Below are positions 26,598 through 36,092 of a DNA stretch of 40,499 nucleotides, piece by piece (position 1 is the stretch's first letter; the number at the start of each line of letters is the position of its first letter). The stretch is taken from contig CAXGUD010000034.1 in assembly GCA_964012805.1 (NCBI GenBank), positions 1-40,499 on the forward strand, in the 5' to 3' direction. The translations under genes and the position numbers were made by a program. The notes below the pieces were generated by a model that saw nothing but the letters and a program-made list of their open reading frames with translations, did no database searches and had not been told where the DNA came from. The DNA comes from an uncultured Bacteriovoracaceae bacterium (GTDB lineage: Bacteria; Bdellovibrionota; Bacteriovoracia; Bacteriovoracales; Bacteriovoracaceae).

Positions 26598-27557
26598 CTA
26601 GTAACGTGGCTTCCTATCAAAGTGATGCTCTGCCTTTATATCCCGAACCGTCCCCGACTGGCTCCTCATAACCTTTGAGTGAGTCACAGCTCCCCAGCTT
26701 TTAAACTTAACTCCTTCAAGAAAGCTTCCCCCTGTCACGCCTGTTGAACAAAACATGACATCTCCAGAAGCCAACTCTTCAATATCGAAAACTTTATTGA
26801 GTTCAAAAATCCCTTTCTTTTTGGCCAACTGAACCTGGGCATCATTCTCAGGTTTCAGGATTCCCTGGAACCCCCCTCCCATACATCGGAGTGCCGCTGC
26901 GGCCACAACACCTTCAGTTGCACCTCCTATCCCAAACAGGATATCGATTCCCGATTCTGAAAGACAAGTACTTATGGCACCTGCAACATCCCCATCACGA
27001 ATAAGTTGGATCCTTGCCCCTGCCGCCCTTACATCGTCAATAAGCTCCAAATGCCTTTCCCTATCTAAAATCACTGCTGTTAAGTCACTTACGCGGCATC
27101 CTTTAACTTCGGCCAATCTTTGTAGATTCTCTTTGGGTGTTTCCAAAATATCAATAACACCTCTTCCTTCAGGGCCAGTTCCAACCTTTTCCATATACAT
27201 TCCGGAAGGAACAGGAAGAAGATTTCCTTCATCAGCAATCGCCATAACAGAAAGCGAATTCTGCCCACCCATCGCGCAAACAGCAACTCCCTCTAAAGGA
27301 TCTAAAGCTATTTCTAATTGAGGACCACGACCAGATCCAACTGTTTCTCCAACTTTAAGAGATGAGCTCTCAGCAATATCGCCTCCGGCTCCAATAACAA
27401 CTGTTGCTTTACATTCAACAGAATCGAGCATGCAACGCATAGCTTCTATCGAGGCTGCAAATGCCCCTTCCTCATCACCCCTCCCCATAAAACGAGCGGA
27501 GGCAATGGCGGCCATCTCAGTTACTCGAACAAACTCTAAAGCGAGATTTCTATTCAT
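26598..27557 (-). CDS. glpX: class II fructose-1,6-bisphosphatase (GlpX) homologue with a degenerate active site
   Basis: RVTE.AA, GRGD, DPLEG, MYMEK, LDRERH, DGDV, GIGGATEGV, STGVTGG, VMRSQSGTVR; several catalytic residues substituted. Confidence 0.9.
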   Translation of the reverse strand: MNRNLALEFVRVTEMAAIASARFMGRGDEEGAFAASIEAMRCMLDSVECKATVVIGAGGDIAESSSLKVGETVGSGRGPQLEIALDPLEGVAVCAMGGQNSLSVMAIADEGNLLPVPSGMYMEKVGTGPEGRGVIDILETPKENLQRLAEVKGCRVSDLTAVILDRERHLELIDDVRAAGARIQLIRDGDVAGAISTCLSESGIDILFGIGGATEGVVAAAALRCMGGGFQGILKPENDAQVQLAKKKGIFELNKVFDIEELASGDVMFCSTGVTGGSFLEGVKFKSWGAVTHSKVMRSQSGTVRDIKAEHHFDRKPRY

Positions 27558-27695
27558 ATTTTACCTCGTTATTACTGTCTTTTTAGATATAAAAGGTGGA
27601 CACCTCTTCCGCTGAATCTATAACACTTTAGAGGTTTTATTATAAAAACAAAATTAACCATCGAGAAGCTCGAAAATAATTAGTAAGAAGAGAAA

Positions 27696-28418
27696 TTAGC
27701 CCCGTAGTTTTCTCATAACAAAATCTTGGCCTTCTTTCTCAAGTTTATCTTCACCTAATTTTGAAACGACTTGCATAGCGAACTGAATTTTACTGTCATC
27801 TTGAACTTCATCAACTTTAAAAACAACTTCATCCTTTTCAGAAAGTGGCATATCAAGTGACCTTTGGGTTCTAACAGTTCCAGTCATTAGACCTCTTCCA
27901 TCTTCCCACTCGATAAAAGAATTCATAAGGATAAGCTGAAATTTTGAGATTGCTTCGTCCTTGTATTTCCAGAGAAATAAATCACTTGGCCCATCACCTC
28001 TAAGCCATAAGTTTAAGTCATTGGGAATATCGTAATCCAGGTCCAAAAAGGGAATAGGCTTCATATTTTTGGCAACATTTTCGGGAGACATAAATGAGCG
28101 GACATTATCATGAAGCGCCTCTCCACCTTGAAAAGAAACTCCAAACCTATTTCCCTTAACCCACCTCACCTGTCCCTTCAGCTCGAGGCTCTGTCCGACC
28201 CAATGGAGGCAACCTTCTAGAGTATCCTCACTGTCATAAGGTATATCGCCATTTTTCAGACACAGCTGCATACCAGTAAGAGAAATTTCTTTTACTTCAT
28301 AAACTTTTTTATCTTCCGTTTGGAACTCTTTAAAAGTGAGGTAGCAAAGGGGGTACCGTGGAAGAACTCTTTTCTCCAGTTGCTCAAAATCTGTCTTTAT
28401 CAAGCTTAAACCACCCAT
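27696..28418 (-). CDS. PilZ-domain protein
   Basis: EKRVLPR (RxxxR), EISLTG, GQVRWV...FGVSF; extra C-terminal domain. Confidence 0.8.
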   Translation of the reverse strand: MGGLSLIKTDFEQLEKRVLPRYPLCYLTFKEFQTEDKKVYEVKEISLTGMQLCLKNGDIPYDSEDTLEGCLHWVGQSLELKGQVRWVKGNRFGVSFQGGEALHDNVRSFMSPENVAKNMKPIPFLDLDYDIPNDLNLWLRGDGPSDLFLWKYKDEAISKFQLILMNSFIEWEDGRGLMTGTVRTQRSLDMPLSEKDEVVFKVDEVQDDSKIQFAMQVVSKLGEDKLEKEGQDFVMRKLRG

Positions 28419-28558
28419 TTACCGCTCCTTCCTTAGGGATTATGATTCTAGAATAGACCCCCTGTCCCATTAATGTTAGATGGAAAAAGAAGCCTTCACT
28501 TCTTCTCACCGAGGATGACTTCTAGACTTATTTTCTTGGTTTTGATAGAACTATAAGG

Positions 28559-29317
28559 ATGGAAACAGTAGCTCCCCCAAATAACGAATGGGAAATTAAC
28601 AACCTCCCCAACAAATTAACTATTTTCAGAGTTTGCCTGATTCCTGTTATTATTGTTTGCTTAATATTAAACCTTACCAACTTCGGTTGGATTCTTGATA
28701 AAAAAGTAACCTTTGGCTATATTGCAGGGTGGACTTTTGTCGCCGCGTCAATAACAGATTTTCTAGATGGATACATTGCCAGAAAAAGAAAAATCGTCAC
28801 TGTTTTCGGCTCTTTCATCGATCCTATTGCTGATAAATTCCTCGTTGTTTCTTCACTCATTATGCTCTTGGCACTAGAGCGCCTTAACGTTTTGGTTGTT
28901 ATCGTTCTTGTTCTTAGAGAAATTTATATTACGGCCCTAAGACTTCTTGCCATAGAAAGAGGTGTGGCCCTTCCGGTTGCCAATTTAGCAAAGTGGAAAA
29001 CTGCGTTTCAAATGATTGGTATTCCCATGCTTATGCCAAATGATGAACCGTGGGGCTTACCTATGCCTATAACCGGTAAAATTTGTGTATACCTAGCGGC
29101 CCTTATCTCAGTTTACTCTGCAATGCAATATTCTTTTGGCCTTGTAAAAAAACTTAAGGAAGAAAGAAAAAAAAAGCAGGAACTAAAAAGAGGTAAAAAA
29201 GAAAAAGAAGAAGAAAAAGAAGAAGAAAAAGAAGAAGAAAAAGAAGAAGAAAAAAAAGAACAAAAAGCTGAAGAAAAGCAAACCAATACCTCTTCAGATA
29301 TTAAATCCCAAAAATAA
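28559..29317 (+). CDS. pgsA: CDP-diacylglycerol--glycerol-3-phosphate 3-phosphatidyltransferase
   Basis: NLPNKLTIFR, TDFLDGYIARK...FGSFIDPIADK, LRE, KWKTAFQM; charged C-terminal tail. Confidence 0.93.
   Translation: METVAPPNNEWEINNLPNKLTIFRVCLIPVIIVCLILNLTNFGWILDKKVTFGYIAGWTFVAASITDFLDGYIARKRKIVTVFGSFIDPIADKFLVVSSLIMLLALERLNVLVVIVLVLREIYITALRLLAIERGVALPVANLAKWKTAFQMIGIPMLMPNDEPWGLPMPITGKICVYLAALISVYSAMQYSFGLVKKLKEERKKKQELKRGKKEKEEEKEEEKEEEKEEEKKEQKAEEKQTNTSSDIKSQK
29201..29254 (+). repeat. 12-bp tandem repeat (GAAGAAGAAAAA) x4.5 in the pgsA tail
   Basis: Four perfect copies at 29207-29254 plus a half copy, encoding (EEEK)4. Confidence 0.9.
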
Positions 29318-29350
29318 TTGTTGCCTTTAAGGCTTCCCCAAGGACCCAAA

Positions 29351-30559
29351 GTGTCTCAACCAAAACAAATCCTCATTACTGTAAGTGGGCAAGATAAGCC
29401 TGGAATCACCTCCAAACTCGTAAAAACTATAATAGAAGGCGGCGGGAGACTTACTAATATGGGTCAAGCTGTTACCCATGGCCTTCTTTCCTTAAGCCTT
29501 GTTTTCAGCAAAAATGAAGCTCACTTTGAACAGGACCTTATTTTAAAAAACCTTCTTTTCGAGGCAAAGCACTTGGGTCTTGAAATGGATTATAAATACC
29601 TAGATGAAAACCCTCCTCATATGGCCCCTTATGTCTCATGGGAAAAGTTCATTCTCAATTGTGTTTCTCCCAAAGAAATTCCAACTCAATTTGTTCATGA
29701 TGTTTCAAACCTACTTGCTAACCACAACATCAACATAAACCGCATTGATAACGTTACTCCAGTCGAATTCAAAAGCCTCGAGATGTCCATGTCGCTCCCT
29801 CCTGATATCAACTTACGGGAACTAAAGAAAGACCTCTTAAAAATTGGTGGTTCTCATCGAGTTGATGTTGCTTTTCTAAAAGATAATATTTTCAGGAGAA
29901 ACAAAAGGCTCATTGTCTTTGATATGGATTCAACGCTAATCCAAACTGAAGTCATTGACGAAATGGCCAAGGCAGCTGGTGTTGAAAAAGAAGTTAAAGA
30001 AATTACTGAACTCGCGATGAATGGTAAAGTCGACTTTGATGAGTCACTCATAAAAAGGGTTCAAAAACTAAAAGGACTAGAAGTTTCAAAACTGCAAGAC
30101 ATTTTGGAAAATCTTCCTTTTAATCATGGTGTCGAAGAGTTTGTTGGAACTGTTAAATCTCTTGGCTACAAGCTTGCTCTTATTTCTGGAGGCTTTAGTT
30201 TCTTTGCAGATGCTTTGAAAGAAAAATTGGGTCTCGACTATGCCTTCGCTAATGGCCTTGAGATCCAAAATCAAAAACTCACAGGACGGTTGAAGGGAAC
30301 TATTGTAAACCCTGAACAAAAAGCACTTCTTGTTAACCTTCTAGCACAGCAGGAAGCCATTTCTCTTGAACAAGTTGTCGCCATTGGCGACGGGGCCAAT
30401 GATATTCCCATGCTCTCCACAGCTGGACTCGGAATAGCCTTCCATGCGAAAGAAATCGTAAAAAAGGAAGCTGAAAACCATATGAGCTTTGGTCCCATGA
30501 CTTCAATCCTTTATTTTTTAGGAATTCCTGGACCAGTAAGAGAAAGTATCCAACATTAG
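29351..30559 (+). CDS. serB: phosphoserine phosphatase with two ACT domains
   Basis: GQDKPGIT ACT, DMDST, SGGF, GDGAND HAD motifs; likely GTG start at 29351. Confidence 0.96.
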   Translation: MSQPKQILITVSGQDKPGITSKLVKTIIEGGGRLTNMGQAVTHGLLSLSLVFSKNEAHFEQDLILKNLLFEAKHLGLEMDYKYLDENPPHMAPYVSWEKFILNCVSPKEIPTQFVHDVSNLLANHNININRIDNVTPVEFKSLEMSMSLPPDINLRELKKDLLKIGGSHRVDVAFLKDNIFRRNKRLIVFDMDSTLIQTEVIDEMAKAAGVEKEVKEITELAMNGKVDFDESLIKRVQKLKGLEVSKLQDILENLPFNHGVEEFVGTVKSLGYKLALISGGFSFFADALKEKLGLDYAFANGLEIQNQKLTGRLKGTIVNPEQKALLVNLLAQQEAISLEQVVAIGDGANDIPMLSTAGLGIAFHAKEIVKKEAENHMSFGPMTSILYFLGIPGPVRESIQH

Positions 30560-30647
30560 ATAAAATTTCCCCCCTTGTAGCGGACTTACGTACATTTATC
30601 ATAGGAGATAACATCTCCGTATGAGCCCCTTTTCTAAGGATTAGAAA

Positions 30648-31262
30648 ATGAGGATTTTCTGTACTTTTAAAAAAAAAGCCGGGGCTTTATGTTTTTTCCT
30701 GATTACCTTCATAATTTTTGGTCTTTTAGTATCTTTAAAAGCCCACTCTTCACTTACAATTGGTACCTTAAATCCACCCCTTAACAAAATACAAGTTGAC
30801 GATGAAGGCAACTCCTCGTCCTTCGAATTTGACCCATTTATAGGACTTCAACAGAATTTTGGAATCCTTCCCTTTTGGCTAAATCACCCTTTTGTACTAG
30901 AAGCGGGGTTTGTCTACCATCAAGTCGATGTGAGCGAAGAATACAATAAGTTTAGCCTTTACCTTCTTTACGAGTTTTCGTGGAACCTTATGAGAAATAT
31001 AAATATTCTTTACGGAGCCGGAAACTTTGTGACTTGGATAACGGGAGCCGGAGGCACAATCACTAGAAACAATGGACTGACTACAACAACATTTTACAAA
31101 CCTATGGGCAATAGCTTTAGTTTCAACACAAGCACAAACCTGGGGCTTGAACTCAAGACGACAAGTAAGTTGTCCTTTTTAGGAAAGGCCCTTCTTTTTG
31201 ACATCATGAACTCAAAGAAAAGGACTATCCGCTATACCGTGAGCTTGAATTACAAAATTTGA
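30648..31262 (+). CDS. putative small outer-membrane beta-barrel protein
   Basis: Signal peptide (AHS), amphipathic strands, C-terminal YTVSLNYKI. Confidence 0.65.
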   Translation: MRIFCTFKKKAGALCFFLITFIIFGLLVSLKAHSSLTIGTLNPPLNKIQVDDEGNSSSFEFDPFIGLQQNFGILPFWLNHPFVLEAGFVYHQVDVSEEYNKFSLYLLYEFSWNLMRNINILYGAGNFVTWITGAGGTITRNNGLTTTTFYKPMGNSFSFNTSTNLGLELKTTSKLSFLGKALLFDIMNSKKRTIRYTVSLNYKI

Positions 31263-31299
31263 TAAATAGTTCTGACTCATTTCATTTTAGGAGAAAGTC

Positions 31300-32100
31300 A
31301 TGCTTTTCTTTTTTAAATTGCCCTTATTTATTCTTCTATTCTTCATAACATCCAAAGCCTATAGCTTTACACTTCTCTGGAATATTCCTCCTCGTTTCCC
31401 TTCTGGTAACATTACAATCAAAGTCAATACAACAAGCTGCAGTTCAGGAGTACCAGAATCGTATACTGAAATACAAACCCTCTTAAAAGAAGCTGCCGAT
31501 ACTTACTGGAACCAAATTTATTCTAGTAGCCTAAATTTTAAAGTAGAGGGAACCATTACTGTGGATAATGACATTGACAAAATTAAAGAAGCCGCCAACA
31601 ACTTTGTTGCAGTTGGGTGTGATGATTTGGGTACTCAAGGAACTTATGCTGCAGCAAGCCTTGATTGCTCAAAGTCCAATAACATTTGCACTAACGCAAA
31701 AGGATATATGGTTATAAACCATAATACCGTGAATTCTCCATGGAAAAACGCAGACCGTAACATTAAAATCGCTGTGTTGGCCCATGAGCTTGGGCATACT
31801 ATTGGAATTGGTCACAGTCAGAAAAGTTATGCTCTCATGTATTTCTCAACTAGCAATAGTGATATCCAAACATACTTAAGCGAGGACGATGCAGATGCTG
31901 CAACTTTTCTTTATCCAGATGACCCTGCTCTTCTAGGCTTAGGGGGTGACTGTGGTGCAGTTGCTTCTACTCAGCCAAACCCTTCCTATGAAAAAACCTT
32001 TCTGTATGGCCTTTCTCCTTTGATTGGACTTCTCTTTGGTGGCTTTTTAATATTATGCACAAAGAGGTCTTACTCTTTTTTTAGAAAGCATAACTCTTAA
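31300..32100 (+). CDS. matrixin (M10)-like zinc metalloprotease with a C-terminal membrane anchor
   Basis: HELGHTIGIGH zinc motif, Met-turn ALMY, LSEDD, signal peptide, C-terminal TM + basic residues. Confidence 0.88.
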   Translation: MLFFFKLPLFILLFFITSKAYSFTLLWNIPPRFPSGNITIKVNTTSCSSGVPESYTEIQTLLKEAADTYWNQIYSSSLNFKVEGTITVDNDIDKIKEAANNFVAVGCDDLGTQGTYAAASLDCSKSNNICTNAKGYMVINHNTVNSPWKNADRNIKIAVLAHELGHTIGIGHSQKSYALMYFSTSNSDIQTYLSEDDADAATFLYPDDPALLGLGGDCGAVASTQPNPSYEKTFLYGLSPLIGLLFGGFLILCTKRSYSFFRKHNS

Positions 32101-32161
32101 TTTTTTTTGTGAGACCTGATATAACTTAATTGAAAAAATAACTCCTTCCAAGGTCTCAAAA

Positions 32162-33025
32162 ATGAACTCTCTAGGCGCAAAAAAACTTTGGATTCTCTGC
32201 CTCTTTTTCATAACTGTTCAAAATCCTGCTCTTGGGAATAAAAGAACAGCAATGGTTTTCGTTGACCACCTCAAAGAACAATCTATTGAGACCCAAGCCT
32301 CTTATTATGGACGCTTGACACCACTTAAACTTTTCAAAGTCTACTCACCACTTGAAGCCCTTATTATTACGGTTGAAGTTCAAGAAGGCAGAAAGATTAG
32401 AAAAGGTCAGACCCTGGCAAAAATAAAAAAAAATGTCATCGATATGGATATAAACCCTTTAGAAATAAAGTCGCCAATAGATGGATTTATCCTCGATACC
32501 CATGCCATTGAAAACAACCTTGTTTTAAAAAACCAACCTCTTTTTTCTCTTTATGATGGATTCTCTTTTCAAACAACAGTGCATCTTTCGCCAGACGATG
32601 CCAATAAATTAAAAATAGGCGATGAAGTCAGTGTTAATGTTTCGAATCATTATTTATTTGGAAAACTTCAAACCCTTTCTGAACGAATTGACCCCCACAC
32701 AGGAACAAGAAGTGCTCACATATCAATTGACTCTAAAAAAGGCCTGAGACCAGGCCAATTGGCAAAGGTTATTTTTACTCTCGAAAAGAAAGAAGGCTTT
32801 CTTATCTCAAAGAAGGCCCTCGAAAAATCCCCAAAGGGAGATTACATTAATTTTCTTGAAGGAAGTAAAGTGAAAAAGATTAAAGTTTTTTCCAAAAGAA
32901 GGCACAATGATTTAGTCGAGATTTGGGGTAAAGGGGTTGATACAAAAAAACCTTATATTGTTAAAAGCTCTGTAAATCCTCTTGTGCAAGGTCAAACAGT
33001 CAAGGTCTCCAAACAAAAAAGATAA
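32162..33025 (+). CDS. RND efflux periplasmic adaptor (MFP)
   Basis: Lipoyl halves (VEVQEGRKIRKGQTL...IKSPIDG), IDPHTGT, LRPG; very short alpha-hairpin. Confidence 0.85.
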   Translation: MNSLGAKKLWILCLFFITVQNPALGNKRTAMVFVDHLKEQSIETQASYYGRLTPLKLFKVYSPLEALIITVEVQEGRKIRKGQTLAKIKKNVIDMDINPLEIKSPIDGFILDTHAIENNLVLKNQPLFSLYDGFSFQTTVHLSPDDANKLKIGDEVSVNVSNHYLFGKLQTLSERIDPHTGTRSAHISIDSKKGLRPGQLAKVIFTLEKKEGFLISKKALEKSPKGDYINFLEGSKVKKIKVFSKRRHNDLVEIWGKGVDTKKPYIVKSSVNPLVQGQTVKVSKQKR

Positions 33026-33029
33026 AAAA

Positions 33030-36000
33030 ATGAAATTAAAACACTATATTCAAAGACCAACGTCTTTTATCTTTATAGTTCTTATTATAATTTCTCTGGG
33101 TTTTTTTTCCCTTTTTAACCTTCCCGTGAAAATGTACCCTCAGATAAAAAAGCCGATGCTAAGAGTTCAGTTCTCTCACAGATCACTGGCAAGCCCAAAA
33201 GACCTGTATCAAACGATAGGAAAACATATTGAAGAAGATTTATCTAATTTAGAAGGGGTCGAAAACCTTCAAAGTACTTATTATCAAGGAAGAGGAAATG
33301 TTAATCTGGACTTTGAGTGGGAGCAAGAAACCGAAACAATTAAGGAAAATATAAAAACAATCCTTTCTGGACACAAATCAAAGTACCCAAACCAATTTAG
33401 TTTCAGTATCACATCAGGCAGAAGTAAATCTTCCGGAAATATGCTTGTGGCCGTAGGGCATAAGGATCTTGGCCCTCATCAACTTAGATCTTCACTGGAT
33501 ACATTCCTCCTCCCCAGAATAAGAAAATTGAAAGATGTTTCAAGTGTTAATACGTGGGGCTGGAAAACAGAAAATATTGTTCTTAAAGTGGATAGAGAAA
33601 AACTTCTTACTTTTAATATTTCTCCGTCAGAAATTATCAAGGCCATCAAGGAAAGCCTTAAGTCTCACCTAACGGGCCGTATTGGCCACGGACAAAAAAG
33701 AGGGGCCGGTTCTTCGATTACTGTTCCCACGTCTTTAGATAAGTTAAGTGACCTCGAAGCAGTCCTCATAAAAAAAACTCGTGGGAAAGGCCACCCGATA
33801 AGAGTTAGGGATATTGGTGTCATTGAAAACCTTTTTCGAGAATCCGCTTCCATCTATCAGCTTAATGGAGTTCCTGCAAAATTTCTTATGGTTGAGTTTA
33901 AAGATGGAGGAGACATAAAAAGAAGCAGTGACAATGTCAGTAATTTATTGGAAAACCTCAAAAAAGAAGACTCCTCCTTCGTCACTCAAGTGATCGTCAA
34001 CCCCTCTTACTTCATTTCTCAATCTATTAAAAACCTTCTCTTTAATGCCACTTTTGGTGGAGTCATGGCCGTTTTAATTGTTTATCTTTTTCTAAGGGCA
34101 TGGAGTAATACAATTATTATTGGACTCTCCATCCCTTTTTGTCTCATTTCTTCCTTTATTCTTATGAATATATTTAATATCAGCATCAATATTATATCTC
34201 TAGGAGGCCTAGCTATTGGAGTTGGCCTTATTTTAGATGGTGCAATTGTCACTCTTGATAATATCTACCGCCTCTTTGAAGAGGAGGTAAACAAAAGTGA
34301 TCATAGAGCAACTCTTACAAAAGATAGAAAGGTGGCCCTTATTTTACAGGGAACAAGAGAAGTCGCTATGCCAGTAATAGTTTCTCTTCTAACCTCCCTT
34401 GTAACTTTTATTCCCCTTATTTTTAGTGCTTCCTATACCCAAGCTGTTTTAGGCAATCTTGCTAAGACAATTGTTTTTTCCCTTTCCCTTTCACTTTTTT
34501 CATCACTCATTATTGTACCGGTGATGAGTTATTTCTTTTTAAAACCTAAGCAAAATAAAAAAGAAGATCAGGACCTTTCAAGTGATTTAAATAAAAACAT
34601 GAACTTTAGATTAGGAAATTCTTTTAGCAAGGTTTTAGACTATTTTCTCGAAACAAAAAAGAAGTCACTTTTAACTGTAACTATGGCTTCATTAGTTGGG
34701 TTATGTTCTCTTTTCCTTATCCCAAAAATAAAAAAAGAAATTATTGCCATACCAGCCACAAGGCTTATGGACATCCGCCTCCATTTTGAAGGCAATACAG
34801 ATATAAATGCCTGTAAAAAAGTCGTTGATAAAATCGAAGGCTTTTTCTCCAAAAGAGCAGAGGTCAATAATATTGCAACTTACCTTTGGAGCCCATCTTA
34901 CGGTATGGTTACGCTGGAACTTAAGGATAGAGATCAATTTAAAACATTAAGAAAACTCGTCGAAGAGCATTTTCCTTCAACACCATTGGTTCAAATAAGA
35001 GCTACCAAATGGAATCCCGGAAAACTACCCTTACCAAGAGAAAGACACCTTGTTGTTAATCTTCATGGAGCAAAAGAAAAAGAGATGACAAAGTTCTCTA
35101 ACAAAATAAGGGCACTAAGGCATCAGTTTAATGCTGGTGCCTGGAGAAGACCCTGGATTAATCCAGCAGAAGAAGTGTCCCTCTCATTTTTCCAGTGGGT
35201 TGAGCAATCAGTCAAAAGAGAGGCCATGGAACTATTAAGGGCCTCCACTAGGAATGGGTCTTATGTTGAAACTTTGTTTTTTGATGGCATTGAAAAAGGT
35301 CTTAGACTTATTTTTAAAGACCATCAACAAAATGAATTTCTTGAAGACGTGAAGTACCTCCCTATAGCTTTAAAGAAAAAAATTGTTCCTCTTAAGGCAT
35401 TAGCAGATGTAGAACTCAAAGAAAGAAGTTATATCCCTTTAAGCATTATAGATGGAAAGAGTGCCCAACAGGTCTTTATTTCCTTTAGAAAGGGTAAATC
35501 GGATGAGAAAGTAAATCAATATAAAGAGGCCATTTCCAAAATAGAAAAGCCAGAAGGTCTAACTGTCGAGTATCCTGAATTAAATAGGGAAATTAAAAAA
35601 TCATTTGAGAGCTTCAAAAGTTCACTTATTGTAAGTATTGGCCTTATCTTTTTCCTAATTCTCCTCTTCTTTAACTCTCTCAAATACCCTCTCATTATCC
35701 TAAGCACAGTCTTTTTTGGCCTAAGTGGTGTTTTGGGAGGCCTTTACATAACAGACTCAACCCTTTCTCTTAACTCAATGCTTGGAGCAATCCTCTTAAG
35801 TGGACTCGTCGTGAATAATGCAATCCTTATCGTTGATTTCTACAAAAAAGAAAAAGAAAACTTGAATAACTCCATTGATGCCTTAAAAAAAGCGATGGCT
35901 TTGAGAATACGACCCATTCTTCTTACAACGCTCACCACCCTTTTAGGTGTTATACCTATTGCCCTTGCCTTTGGAGAAGCAGGAGAGATCCTTCAACCTT

Positions 36001-36092
36001 TAGGGATCGCCGTCTTTTTTGGGCTTCTCATTTCAACGGTCCTCACCCTTATAGTTGTCCCCTGCTTTTTAAGATTAACGGACACGCTTTAA
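33030..36092 (+). CDS. AcrB/AcrD/AcrF family RND transporter
   Basis: LPVKMYP, INIISLGGLAIGVGLILDGAIV, GLVVNNAILIVDF, RIRPILLTTLTT, QPLGIAV; likely start ATG 33030. Confidence 0.94.
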   Translation: MKLKHYIQRPTSFIFIVLIIISLGFFSLFNLPVKMYPQIKKPMLRVQFSHRSLASPKDLYQTIGKHIEEDLSNLEGVENLQSTYYQGRGNVNLDFEWEQETETIKENIKTILSGHKSKYPNQFSFSITSGRSKSSGNMLVAVGHKDLGPHQLRSSLDTFLLPRIRKLKDVSSVNTWGWKTENIVLKVDREKLLTFNISPSEIIKAIKESLKSHLTGRIGHGQKRGAGSSITVPTSLDKLSDLEAVLIKKTRGKGHPIRVRDIGVIENLFRESASIYQLNGVPAKFLMVEFKDGGDIKRSSDNVSNLLENLKKEDSSFVTQVIVNPSYFISQSIKNLLFNATFGGVMAVLIVYLFLRAWSNTIIIGLSIPFCLISSFILMNIFNISINIISLGGLAIGVGLILDGAIVTLDNIYRLFEEEVNKSDHRATLTKDRKVALILQGTREVAMPVIVSLLTSLVTFIPLIFSASYTQAVLGNLAKTIVFSLSLSLFSSLIIVPVMSYFFLKPKQNKKEDQDLSSDLNKNMNFRLGNSFSKVLDYFLETKKKSLLTVTMASLVGLCSLFLIPKIKKEIIAIPATRLMDIRLHFEGNTDINACKKVVDKIEGFFSKRAEVNNIATYLWSPSYGMVTLELKDRDQFKTLRKLVEEHFPSTPLVQIRATKWNPGKLPLPRERHLVVNLHGAKEKEMTKFSNKIRALRHQFNAGAWRRPWINPAEEVSLSFFQWVEQSVKREAMELLRASTRNGSYVETLFFDGIEKGLRLIFKDHQQNEFLEDVKYLPIALKKKIVPLKALADVELKERSYIPLSIIDGKSAQQVFISFRKGKSDEKVNQYKEAISKIEKPEGLTVEYPELNREIKKSFESFKSSLIVSIGLIFFLILLFFNSLKYPLIILSTVFFGLSGVLGGLYITDSTLSLNSMLGAILLSGLVVNNAILIVDFYKKEKENLNNSIDALKKAMALRIRPILLTTLTTLLGVIPIALAFGEAGEILQPLGIAVFFGLLISTVLTLIVVPCFLRLTDTL

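Noticed and set aside
36075..36092. Convergent 3' overlaps (RND/tag 18 bp; START/HD-GYP 4 bp at 20767-20770)
   Set aside because: Common in compact genomes; nothing indicates regulation
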